Virus record (IMG/VR): IMGVR_UViG_3300027668_000012 | Location: 1 to 64,000 of that record | Length of the DNA stretch: 64,000 nucleotides | Direction: 5' to 3' (one strand) | Source: an uncultured virus (IMG/VR IMGVR_UViG_3300027668_000012) | Lineage: Duplodnaviria > Heunggongvirae > Uroviricota > Caudoviricetes | Shown here: positions 39,180-47,911 of the stretch, in pieces | How positions within the stretch are numbered: the first letter of the stretch is position 1 | Layout of the letters: every line of letters begins with the position of its first letter | The notes under the pieces: model-generated | What the model was told of the DNA's origin: nothing | Seen by the model: the letters and a program-made list of their open reading frames with translations, nothing else | Databases searched by the model: none | Translations under genes and position numbers: made by a program

Positions 39180-40799
39180 ATGGCTATTGTGATGGATACG
39201 AGTAAAAGTTATAATGGTAATAGACAAGTTAAAGCCGATAACGTTGTACAAGAATGGTCTGAATGGCAAGTCAAAGAGTATGCTAAGTGCATGCACGATG
39301 CTTCTTACTTTGCAAGAACATACTGTAAGGTTATCAGCTTAGATAGAGGGCTTGTTCCATTTGATTTGTATCCTTATCAAGAGCAAATGTTTAGTCACTT
39401 TCAAAATAATAGATTTTCTATTGTGCTTGCCTGTAGACAGTCTGGAAAATCAATAAGTTCTGTTGCTTACTTATTGTGGTATGCAATATTCCATGCCGAG
39501 AAAACTGTTGCTGTTTTAGCAAACAAGGGTGCTACTGCGCGTGAAATGTTGGCAAGAGTTACTTTGATGCTAGAGAACTTACCTTTCTTTTTACAACCAG
39601 GCACAAAGGCTTTAAATAAAGGTTCTTTAGAATTTTCTAATCTAAGCAGAATTATTGCAGCCGCAACTAGTGGTAGCTCAATTCGTGGTATGTCTGTTAA
39701 CCTATTGTACTTAGACGAGTTTGCATTTGTTGAACGTGCGGCAGAATTTTACACGTCTACATATCCAGTTGTTTCATCTGGTAAGGACACAAAGATTATT
39801 ATCACTTCTACTGCTAATGGTATAGGTAACATGTTCCATAAAATTTGGGAAGGTGCTATGCAAAACACAAGTGAATTTGTGCCATTCAGAGTTGATTGGT
39901 GGGACGTTCCTGGTCGTGATGAAAAATGGAAAGACAAGACTATTGGTAATACAAGCCAATTACAATTTGATCAAGAATTTGGTAACACTTTCTTTGGCAC
40001 AGGCGCAACTTTAATTTCAGCAGAACATTTATTACGACAAAAAGCCAAACCTCATGTACAAGTGTTAGAAGGCGGTAGTTTTTTAATGTATGAAAATCCT
40101 GATCCCAAACATAGCTACATAATGTTAGTTGATGTTGCGAGAGGTAGAGGATTGGACTATAGCACGTTTAACTTGATCGATATTAGCCAAAGACCTTTTA
40201 AGCAGGTTGCTGTGTATCGCTGTAATACTATCTCACCAATCCTCTACCCTACAATTATTTATAAGTATGCAAATCTCTACAATGAGGCTTATACTATTAT
40301 TGAAGCTAATGATCAAGGATCGCTGGTTTGTAACGGCCTATATAATGATTTAGAGTACGAAAACCTTCACATGGATTCTCTTATAAGAGCTGATCGTATT
40401 GGTGTAGAGATGACTAGGAAAACAAAACGTATTGGGTGTTCTGCCATTAAAGACATTATTGAACATGGCAAGTTAGATATTGTAGACCCTCAGACTATAT
40501 TAGAGATGTCCACGTTTGTAGCCAAAGGTGCATCATACGAAGCATCAGAAGGAAACCATGACGACTTAATGATGAACCTAGTGTTGTTTGGATATTTTGC
40601 CGTGGGTAATAACTTTGAAGAACTGACTGATGTTAATCTAAAGGAAATGATGTTTGAACAACGTATGAAAGAGATTGAAAACGATTTAGTGCCATTCGGG
40701 TTTATAAACGATGGTCAAGACGACGAAAGTAATATACTAGAAGAAGATATGGGTGTATGGACAGTCGATAAAAACGTTAAGGTAAATATGGGATTTTAA
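39180..40799 (+). CDS. gp17: terminase large subunit
   Basis: RQSGKS Walker A, LYLDEFAF Walker B, STANG, DVARGRGLDYS, HDDLMM. Confidence 0.96.
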   Translation: MAIVMDTSKSYNGNRQVKADNVVQEWSEWQVKEYAKCMHDASYFARTYCKVISLDRGLVPFDLYPYQEQMFSHFQNNRFSIVLACRQSGKSISSVAYLLWYAIFHAEKTVAVLANKGATAREMLARVTLMLENLPFFLQPGTKALNKGSLEFSNLSRIIAAATSGSSIRGMSVNLLYLDEFAFVERAAEFYTSTYPVVSSGKDTKIIITSTANGIGNMFHKIWEGAMQNTSEFVPFRVDWWDVPGRDEKWKDKTIGNTSQLQFDQEFGNTFFGTGATLISAEHLLRQKAKPHVQVLEGGSFLMYENPDPKHSYIMLVDVARGRGLDYSTFNLIDISQRPFKQVAVYRCNTISPILYPTIIYKYANLYNEAYTIIEANDQGSLVCNGLYNDLEYENLHMDSLIRADRIGVEMTRKTKRIGCSAIKDIIEHGKLDIVDPQTILEMSTFVAKGASYEASEGNHDDLMMNLVLFGYFAVGNNFEELTDVNLKEMMFEQRMKEIENDLVPFGFINDGQDDESNILEEDMGVWTVDKNVKVNMGF

Positions 40800-40802
40800 A
40801 TT

Positions 40803-41438
40803 ATGGACTTACCTGATTCTGGAATGGTCGGTGTTGGTATTTCTGGTGGATTAGATTCATTGGTTTTATTATTTTATATATGTGATATAATATCTCCAAA
40901 TGTGTCTATCCTTCCTATGCAATCAATTGGTAGTAGAGTTACAAACACTGCATCTATTACCAAAGGTATTTTATCTGATGCAAGAATTAAACATCCAAAT
41001 CTTAATATAAAAGAAATTGAAGTATTTCATTGGGAAGAGGATGGTATTAATGAACAACATGAAATTCATGGTATTTTTGATAAGAAAATGTATGAAAAGT
41101 ACAAGGATTTAAAAATAATTATAACTGGCCTTACTGCACTACCTTCATGGAACATTGTTAATACTTGGGGTAGTATGTACAAAGATGAAAGAAGAGTCAA
41201 TAAGACTAATACTATCTATCAAGTACATCATGCAACTGGTGCAAAAACCTATAGACCTTTTGCTCATATGGACAAACGAGACATAGCTCTTTTGTTTAAG
41301 CAATTAGATTTACCTGAAAGGTATATTAAAGAGAGTTGGTCTTGTACGTATTATGCTGAGAGAACTAATAATTACACAGAACCATGTAAAATATGCTATC
41401 ATTGTCAGGAGAAGAAATGGGCATTTGGACAATATTAA
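40803..41438 (+). CDS. QueC-like PP-loop ATP pyrophosphatase
   Basis: SGGLDS PP-loop; RPFAHMDK; SWSC...PCKICYHC Zn motif. Confidence 0.7.
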   Translation: MDLPDSGMVGVGISGGLDSLVLLFYICDIISPNVSILPMQSIGSRVTNTASITKGILSDARIKHPNLNIKEIEVFHWEEDGINEQHEIHGIFDKKMYEKYKDLKIIITGLTALPSWNIVNTWGSMYKDERRVNKTNTIYQVHHATGAKTYRPFAHMDKRDIALLFKQLDLPERYIKESWSCTYYAERTNNYTEPCKICYHCQEKKWAFGQY

Positions 41439-41443
41439 AATGT

Positions 41444-41451
41444 TATAAATA
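41444..41451 (+). promoter_or_regulatory. T4-type late promoter
   Basis: TATAAATA upstream of gp18. Confidence 0.78.
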
Positions 41452-41515
41452 CACATAATGATAAAGAACTCGTATTATGATAACTTATTAATTAATATCT
41501 GAAAAGGATCTATAC

Positions 41516-43255
41516 ATGGCAATATTCAGTCCATCAGAATCCCCAGCAATTGTAGTCAAAGAAGTTGATTTAACTGGCGTAGTGCCAAATGTACAATCGA
41601 CAACAGGCGCATTTGTAGGTGATTTTAGATGGGGACCAGTTAGAAAAGCTACTCTGATAGACACAGAGGCTAATCTTGCGGCGACATTCGCTTCCCCATC
41701 ATCTACTAAGGCTGTAGACTTTCTGTCTGCCGCATACTATTTAAAATATTCAAGTTCTCTACAAGTGGTACGAGAAGCTACAGCGCATGCATACAATGCA
41801 AACTCCGCAGGGCTAACGTTACTTGTGAGAGAAGAAGAGCACTTTGACTCGTTATCAAGTACGTTTGGTTCTGACTCTGGTGACACAAATGCTGGTGGTT
41901 GGATTGCAAGATATCCAGGCGCACTAGGTAACTCTTTAAGAGTTTCTTTATGTCCAGCAGGCTCAGATTCTTCAGGCACATACTTTTCAGTATGGGGTCA
42001 AAGAGCGGCTTTCGATTCACCACCAGTAACATCTGCCTATGGATTAGCAAGAAGTGCTGTAAATGACGAAGTACACGTTGCAGTTATAGACGAGGATGGT
42101 CTGTTTACAGGAACTCCTGGTACTATATTAGAGCGTTACGCATTTGTCTCTGTTGCATCTGATGCAAAATCTTCAGACGGATCATCTAATTATGTTAAAG
42201 ACGTAATTAATAGTGCATCTAAATATGTTTACCTTGCAACTTTTGAAGGTACATTAGCTGCACTAACTAATGCTGGCACAGCCGCTCAAGGTACAACGTA
42301 TCAAGCATCTGCATCTGCTCCAATAACATCTAGTTTAACTGCTGGTGCTGATTCAGCCGCACTTACTGCAAGTAAGTATGGCACAGGTATGGCATTGTTT
42401 AGTGACGTTGACACAATTACTGTTGACTTCTTAATCGCTCCTGGTATGTCAGCACAAGGTGATATGACAACTGTTGTTAATAACATGATTGTAATTGCTG
42501 GAACTACACGTAAAGATTGTGTCGTAGTAGCATCACCTAACAGAGCTGCAGTTGTGAATGCATCAACACCAGTTGCTACTTCAATTGTAACAACAGACAC
42601 GTTTACAAGGTCGTCTTACTTGGTTGTTTCAAACAACTATCTTAAAGTATATGACAAGTACAATGACCAATATATCCAAATTCCAGACGCATCTTCGGTT
42701 GCAGGTATTATGGCGGCTTCTGATCTTCAAGCGGCACCTTGGTTTTCACCAGCTGGTCAAAGACGTGGTTCAGTTTTAGGTATAACTGCCTTAACATATT
42801 CTCCGACTAAAGCAGAACGAGACACACTATATAAAGCTGGTATTAATCCAGTTGCAAATATTCCTGGTCAAGGCGTATTGTTATTTGGTGATAAAACATT
42901 CTTAGCCAGACCATCAGCTTTCGATCGTATCAACGTTCGTCGCTTGTTCCTGACTATGGAAAGAGCAATTGCAATTGCTGCAAGAAATGTTATGTTTGAA
43001 TTCAATGACGAATTTACACGTGCAGAATTTGTAAACATCGTAGAACCTTTCTTGAGAGAAATCCAAGGTCGTCGCGGTATTACAGATTTCCGTGTTGTTT
43101 GTGACGAATCAAATAACTCCGCAGCCGTTATAGATAGAAATGAATTCATAGCAAATATCTTCATCAAGCCTGCACGTTCAATCAACTACGTTACACTAAA
43201 TTTCGTAGCTGTTAGAACTGGTGTAGACTTCGAAGAAGTTGTTGGCTCGGTCTAA
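41516..43255 (+). CDS. gp18: tail sheath protein
   Basis: SPAIVVKEVDLT, FRWGP, PWFSPAG..RG, FDRINVRRLF, FEFNDEFTR, IKPARSINYVTLNFVAVRTG. Confidence 0.96.
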   Translation: MAIFSPSESPAIVVKEVDLTGVVPNVQSTTGAFVGDFRWGPVRKATLIDTEANLAATFASPSSTKAVDFLSAAYYLKYSSSLQVVREATAHAYNANSAGLTLLVREEEHFDSLSSTFGSDSGDTNAGGWIARYPGALGNSLRVSLCPAGSDSSGTYFSVWGQRAAFDSPPVTSAYGLARSAVNDEVHVAVIDEDGLFTGTPGTILERYAFVSVASDAKSSDGSSNYVKDVINSASKYVYLATFEGTLAALTNAGTAAQGTTYQASASAPITSSLTAGADSAALTASKYGTGMALFSDVDTITVDFLIAPGMSAQGDMTTVVNNMIVIAGTTRKDCVVVASPNRAAVVNASTPVATSIVTTDTFTRSSYLVVSNNYLKVYDKYNDQYIQIPDASSVAGIMAASDLQAAPWFSPAGQRRGSVLGITALTYSPTKAERDTLYKAGINPVANIPGQGVLLFGDKTFLARPSAFDRINVRRLFLTMERAIAIAARNVMFEFNDEFTRAEFVNIVEPFLREIQGRRGITDFRVVCDESNNSAAVIDRNEFIANIFIKPARSINYVTLNFVAVRTGVDFEEVVGSV

Positions 43256-43270
43256 GGGAGATATTAGAAA

Positions 43271-43801
43271 ATGGCAATATTAGGCGTTGATGACTTTAAG
43301 TCAAAACTAAGAGGTGGCGGAGCTAGACCAAATCTATTCAAAGCAACCATAAACTTTCCTGCTTATGCACAAGGTGATGTAGAAATTACTTCATTCCTTT
43401 GTTCAGCGGCACAGCTTCCTGGGTCTATACTTGGTACTATCATAGTACCATTTCGTGGACGACAGTTAAAAATGGCTGGCGATCGTACATTTGATGTATG
43501 GACACCGACTATTATCAATGACACAGACTTTGTTGTACGTGACTCAATGGAACGTTGGATGAATGGCATGAACAACCATCAAGCAAACACTGGCTTGACA
43601 AGTGTGAATGATTATTCAGCAGATCTTATCGTTGAACAACTTGATAAAGATGGTTCATCACTTAAGACATACAACTTCCGTGGTTGTTTTCCTACGAATG
43701 TATCACCAATTGATCTTAGTTATGGAGCTACTGATGTCATCGAAGAATTCCAAGTCGAATTCCAGATACAGTATTGGGAAGCGGCTGGCGTAACTAGCTA
43801 A
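43271..43801 (+). CDS. gp19: tail tube protein
   Basis: GGGARPNLF, PFRGRQLKMAGDRTF..W, INDTDF, FPTNVSPIDLSY, IEEFQVEFQIQYW. Confidence 0.96.
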   Translation: MAILGVDDFKSKLRGGGARPNLFKATINFPAYAQGDVEITSFLCSAAQLPGSILGTIIVPFRGRQLKMAGDRTFDVWTPTIINDTDFVVRDSMERWMNGMNNHQANTGLTSVNDYSADLIVEQLDKDGSSLKTYNFRGCFPTNVSPIDLSYGATDVIEEFQVEFQIQYWEAAGVTS

Positions 43802-43809
43802 AAAGCTGT

Positions 43810-43850
43810 TATAAATAAAGATATTAGAGGGGTGATTAACTTGCCCCTCT
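43810..43850 (+). promoter_or_regulatory. T4-type late promoter followed by a 5' stem-loop
   Basis: TATAAATA at 43810-43817; AGAGGGGTGA-TTAAC-TTGCCCCTCT hairpin at 43826-43850, upstream of gp20. Confidence 0.7.
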
Positions 43851-43875
43851 TTACTTACACTTAGAAGGATATATT

Positions 43876-45438
43876 ATGGCTGGTCCAATAGTTAAATTAT
43901 TTGGTTTTGAACTGCGTAAAGCAGAAAAGAATGCACAGGCTAAAGTAAAGTTACCCTCAATTGTACCACCTATCGACGATGATGGTGCTGGTTACGTAAC
44001 TGCATCTGGTTCACACACAGGTCAGTACATTGATTTTGAAGGCGATAACGCAAAAGGTTCTGTAGAGTTAGTCCAAAGATACAGGGCAGTTGGCATGCAC
44101 CCAGAAGTGGATATGGCAATTGATGAGATTTGTAACGAAGCGGTAAGCACATCTGAACTTGAAGCTCCTGTCAAAGTAAACCTTGATAAGATCAAAGGTA
44201 TGAGTGACAAGGTTAAGAAACAAATCTTTACTGAATTTGATGATGTTGTTTCTATGTTAAACTTTTCAGATTTAGGTTCTGATATGTTTAAACGTTGGTA
44301 TATTGACGGCAGAATGGTGCATCACCTAGTTGTTAATGAAGCCAACTTAAAAGCTGGTATACAAGAAATTCGTCCTATCGATGCGACTAAAATTCGCAAA
44401 GTAAAAGAGATTAAGAAAAAGAAAGATCCTGTTACTAATGCTGACATTGTAGAGAAAGTAAGTGAGTTTTTTGTCTACGAAGAAAAGCCTGGAAACGTAG
44501 CTACAAACGTTGTCAAGATAAACGTAGATGCGATAAGCTATGTGACATCTGGATTGCTTGATGAGCATCGTAAAAAAGTAGTATCATATCTACATAAGGC
44601 GTTAAAGCCTATCAACCAATTAAGAATGATGGAAGACTCATTAGTTATCTATCGTTTGGCACGTGCACCTGAGCGTAGAATATTCTACGTTGATGTCGGT
44701 AACTTACCGCGTGGTAAAGCCGAAGAGTACATGAAAAACATCATGGCTCGTTATAAGAATAAAATTGTCTATGATGCAACCACTGGTGAAGTCAAGGATG
44801 ATCGCAAGCACATGTCTATGCTAGAAGATTTCTGGCTTCCACGTCGTGAAGGCGGTAAAGGCACAGAGATTAGTACACTACCCGGTGGTGATAATCTAGG
44901 TCAAATCGAAGACATCATATACTTTCAAAAGAAATTATATCGTGCATTAAATGTTCCAGTACAAAGACTAGAGCAAGAGTCCACGTTCCAATTAGGTAGA
45001 TCGTCTGAAATAAGCAGAGAAGAACTTAAATTTCAAAAGTTTATCGACAAACTACGTCGTCGTTTTTCTTCTTTGTTCTTAAACATACTAAAGAAGCAAC
45101 TACTTCTAAAACAAATCATAGTCCAAGAAGATTGGGACGATTGGAAATCTAATATCAATATCGATTTTGTTCGTGACAATCACTTTACAGAATTGAAAGA
45201 AACAGAAATTCTACAGGGACGCCTAGGTATATTAAATGAAGTTCAATCATATGCTGGTGAATACTTCTCTAAAGAATGGATTATGAAAAATGTTCTTCAC
45301 TTTGATGAACAACAGATTAAAGAAATGGGCGATCAAATTGGTGCTGAAATAAAAGTAGGCGAAGTTGAAGACCCTAAAGATAAAGAAGATAAAGAAGTAG
45401 ATAATAACAATCAGTCTGATGAAAAAGAAGACGAATAA
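43876..45438 (+). CDS. gp20: portal vertex protein
   Basis: NQLRMMEDSLVIYRLARAPERRIFYVDVGNLP, MLEDFWLPRREGGKGTEISTLPGG. Confidence 0.97.
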   Translation: MAGPIVKLFGFELRKAEKNAQAKVKLPSIVPPIDDDGAGYVTASGSHTGQYIDFEGDNAKGSVELVQRYRAVGMHPEVDMAIDEICNEAVSTSELEAPVKVNLDKIKGMSDKVKKQIFTEFDDVVSMLNFSDLGSDMFKRWYIDGRMVHHLVVNEANLKAGIQEIRPIDATKIRKVKEIKKKKDPVTNADIVEKVSEFFVYEEKPGNVATNVVKINVDAISYVTSGLLDEHRKKVVSYLHKALKPINQLRMMEDSLVIYRLARAPERRIFYVDVGNLPRGKAEEYMKNIMARYKNKIVYDATTGEVKDDRKHMSMLEDFWLPRREGGKGTEISTLPGGDNLGQIEDIIYFQKKLYRALNVPVQRLEQESTFQLGRSSEISREELKFQKFIDKLRRRFSSLFLNILKKQLLLKQIIVQEDWDDWKSNINIDFVRDNHFTELKETEILQGRLGILNEVQSYAGEYFSKEWIMKNVLHFDEQQIKEMGDQIGAEIKVGEVEDPKDKEDKEVDNNNQSDEKEDE

Positions 45439-45453
45439 ACAAAGGTGATTATA

Positions 45454-45729
45454 ATGAGTACACAAGATTTTATAGACAGTGTTGTAGATAAAGATTTTAA
45501 TGCAGCAGAAAATAGCTTTGAACAAATGATGGGTCAACGTATCGATGATGCTTTAGCCCAACAAAAGGTCGTTGCGGCAGGACATATATTTGGTGAATTG
45601 CCAGATGATGTAGAAGATGTCGATCCTGAGGATTTAGAATTAGACGACGATGAAACAGAAGAAGAGTCTGACGACGACGATGACGACGATGAGGACGATG
45701 ATGAAGATGATGATGATGATGAAGATTAA
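45454..45729 (+). CDS. acidic prohead core protein (gp67-like)
   Basis: Directly after gp20; long Asp/Glu C-terminal tract; start at ATG 45454 after AAGG. Confidence 0.6.
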   Translation: MSTQDFIDSVVDKDFNAAENSFEQMMGQRIDDALAQQKVVAAGHIFGELPDDVEDVDPEDLELDDDETEEESDDDDDDDEDDDEDDDDDED

Positions 45730-45768
45730 AGAAGGTTGGAATTAATTAAAGTTGTAAACTTATTTTTG

Positions 45769-45776
45769 TATAAATA
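45769..45776 (+). promoter_or_regulatory. T4-type late promoter
   Basis: TATAAATA upstream of the prohead genes. Confidence 0.75.
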
Positions 45777-45798
45777 AAGATAACTGAATGGGATTGAA

Positions 45799-45999
45799 AT
45801 GAAAACCTTAAAAGAACTAAGAGCTGGACTTAAATCCACAAGTAAAAAGATTAATGGATACCCAGTTGTATTCACATCTAGTAAGCAAGGTATGATTGAT
45901 GTGTCTATAGACGGCGACAAGTTTGACACTTTTCCTAATCAAAAGACTGCTGAGAAAATGGCTAAAGAGTTCATCAAACAATTAAAGACAGGTAAGTAA
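45799..45999 (+). CDS. small basic head-module protein
   Basis: 66 aa, between the gp67-like gene and gp21. Confidence 0.6.
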   Translation: MKTLKELRAGLKSTSKKINGYPVVFTSSKQGMIDVSIDGDKFDTFPNQKTAEKMAKEFIKQLKTGK

Positions 46000-46290
46000 A
46001 TGGTAAACTTTGTAACACCCACAGGCGCAGAAATTGCAGCGGCTGTACACACTGACTCAGCTGGAGTGCCAGCATTATTGAATATAAATAAAGCCAGAAC
46101 AGTACGTTGTGTTAATACTAATGCAACCACAGCTTATCTTGTGACTATACAAACTGCTGGAAACGTACTTAAAGGATCAATGACATTAGCTCCTATGGAA
46201 TCTGTTGTCGTTATCAAAGCAAAGTCTGATGAGATATTTGCGGCAAATACAGCCGTAAAGCTTTCACCAGTAGATTTCCCTAGAGGATAA
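46000..46290 (+). CDS. hypothetical head-module protein
   Basis: 96 aa, beta-rich, coupled to its neighbours. Confidence 0.6.
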   Translation: MVNFVTPTGAEIAAAVHTDSAGVPALLNINKARTVRCVNTNATTAYLVTIQTAGNVLKGSMTLAPMESVVVIKAKSDEIFAANTAVKLSPVDFPRG

Positions 46291-46294
46291 TAGA

Positions 46295-46957
46295 ATGAAA
46301 CTGATTGCAGAATACACAGATAATAATCTTGAATGTTTTTCAGAGGCCAAAGCAGAAGGTGGTAAAGACCACTTTATTGAAGGCGTCTTTATGCAATCAG
46401 AATCAAAGAATAGAAATGGACGAGTTTATCCACGGAAGATCATGGAATCAGCCGTTAATAAATACGTTACAGAACAGGTAAAAACAAGACGTGCAGTTGG
46501 AGAACTTAACCATCCAGAAGGTCCCACTGTAAATCTTGATAAAGTTTCGCACATCATAGAAAGCCTTGATTGGAATGGAAATGATGTTGTAGGAAAAGCA
46601 CGCATATTGGAAACTCCTATGGGGCAGATTGTAAAAGGTCTTCTTGATGGTGGCGTTCAACTAGGTGTGTCAACTCGTGGTATGGGTAGTCTTGAGAATC
46701 GTAACGGCGTAATGTATGTCAAAGATGACTTCATTCTTAGTACAGTTGATATTGTACAAGATCCATCAGCTCCAACGGCTTTTGTCAATGGAATTATGGA
46801 AGGTGTGGAGTGGGTTTGGAACAACGGCATTATCGAATCTCAGGTAATTGAAAAAATGGAGACTGAAATTAAAAAGGCTTCTCGAACTGACCTCTATGAG
46901 GTACAGGCTCGTGAGTTTAAGAATTTCCTCTCGGAACTGAAAAATATAACTTATTAG
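46295..46957 (+). CDS. gp21: prohead core protease
   Basis: IEGVFMQ...NRNGRVYP, GELNHP, VSH, LGVSTRGMGSL, DIVQDPSAPTAFV. Confidence 0.96.
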   Translation: MKLIAEYTDNNLECFSEAKAEGGKDHFIEGVFMQSESKNRNGRVYPRKIMESAVNKYVTEQVKTRRAVGELNHPEGPTVNLDKVSHIIESLDWNGNDVVGKARILETPMGQIVKGLLDGGVQLGVSTRGMGSLENRNGVMYVKDDFILSTVDIVQDPSAPTAFVNGIMEGVEWVWNNGIIESQVIEKMETEIKKASRTDLYEVQAREFKNFLSELKNITY

Positions 46958-46966
46958 GAGTCATAC

Positions 46967-47887
46967 ATGACTGATCAAATCCAAGACCAGGATGTGGTGC
47001 TCGACGAGAATGAAATCGAAGAAGCTCACGATCCGAAGAACGCAGAAGAAGCCTCAATAGCTTCAGTAAAAGCTGCAGAAGGCAAAAGCCCCAAAGCTAA
47101 AAAGCGCAAGGGCGACAAATCAAATTCAGCGAAAGCTGAAAAAATGGATAAAGTGGTAGCCACAGAAGCTGCAGACTTACAAGTAGACTTCCATGACGAA
47201 CTTAACTCATTAGTAGAATCTGAGGCAACTCTTTCAGGAGAGTTTAAAGCTAAAGCAACTATTATCTTTGAAGCTAATGTGAAAGCAAAGCTTGCAGAAG
47301 AAGTTGATCGTTTGGAAGAATCATATGCCACTCAACTTGATGAAGAAGTATCCGCTACTAAAGCAGAGCTTGTTGAAAAAGTTGATAGCTATCTCAACTA
47401 CGTTGTTGAAGCTTGGGTAGAAGAGAACCAATTGGCAATCCAATCAGGTCTCCGTGCGGAAATAGCAGAAGACTTTATGACAGGTTTAAAGACCTTGTTC
47501 ACTGAATCTTATGTAGACATCCCAGAAGCCAAAGTTGATCTAGTAGATGATCTTGCAGAAAGTGTTGATACATTATCAGCTAAATTAAACGAAGCTACAG
47601 AGCAATTACTTGCATCTAAAGCTGAAGTTGCACACCATTTACGTGAAGCGGCTATCCGTGAAGCGTCAAGTGATTTAGCTGACACACAAGTTGACAAATT
47701 ACGCACCATGGTTGAAGGTTACGATTTCGATAATGAATTTGCAAATAAAGTTGCAACCATTAAAGAATCTGTCTTTGCCAAAAAAGCTACAACAAGCGAA
47801 GAATTGATTGAAGATGACACAACTACTCAGGTAGAGTTATCAGAATCAATGCAGCGTTACGTTGCCGCAATCAAATCAACCCAGTAA
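46967..47887 (+). CDS. gp22: prohead core scaffold protein
   Basis: LSGEFKAKATIIFEA, KVDSYLNYVVEAWVEENQLAI, FTESYVDIP. Confidence 0.92.
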   Translation: MTDQIQDQDVVLDENEIEEAHDPKNAEEASIASVKAAEGKSPKAKKRKGDKSNSAKAEKMDKVVATEAADLQVDFHDELNSLVESEATLSGEFKAKATIIFEANVKAKLAEEVDRLEESYATQLDEEVSATKAELVEKVDSYLNYVVEAWVEENQLAIQSGLRAEIAEDFMTGLKTLFTESYVDIPEAKVDLVDDLAESVDTLSAKLNEATEQLLASKAEVAHHLREAAIREASSDLADTQVDKLRTMVEGYDFDNEFANKVATIKESVFAKKATTSEELIEDDTTTQVELSESMQRYVAAIKSTQ

Positions 47888-47911
47888 ATTTAATTAATAG
47901 GAATACATCCA

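Noticed and set aside
39180..40799. Intein, intron or homing endonuclease in terminase (also checked gp20, gp23, uvsW, gp46 and gp43)
   Set aside because: All are continuous and of normal length, with no intein or endonuclease motifs.
45640..45726. GAC/GAT/GAA trinucleotide run as a microsatellite
   Set aside because: It encodes the acidic tail of the gp67-like core protein with mixed codons.
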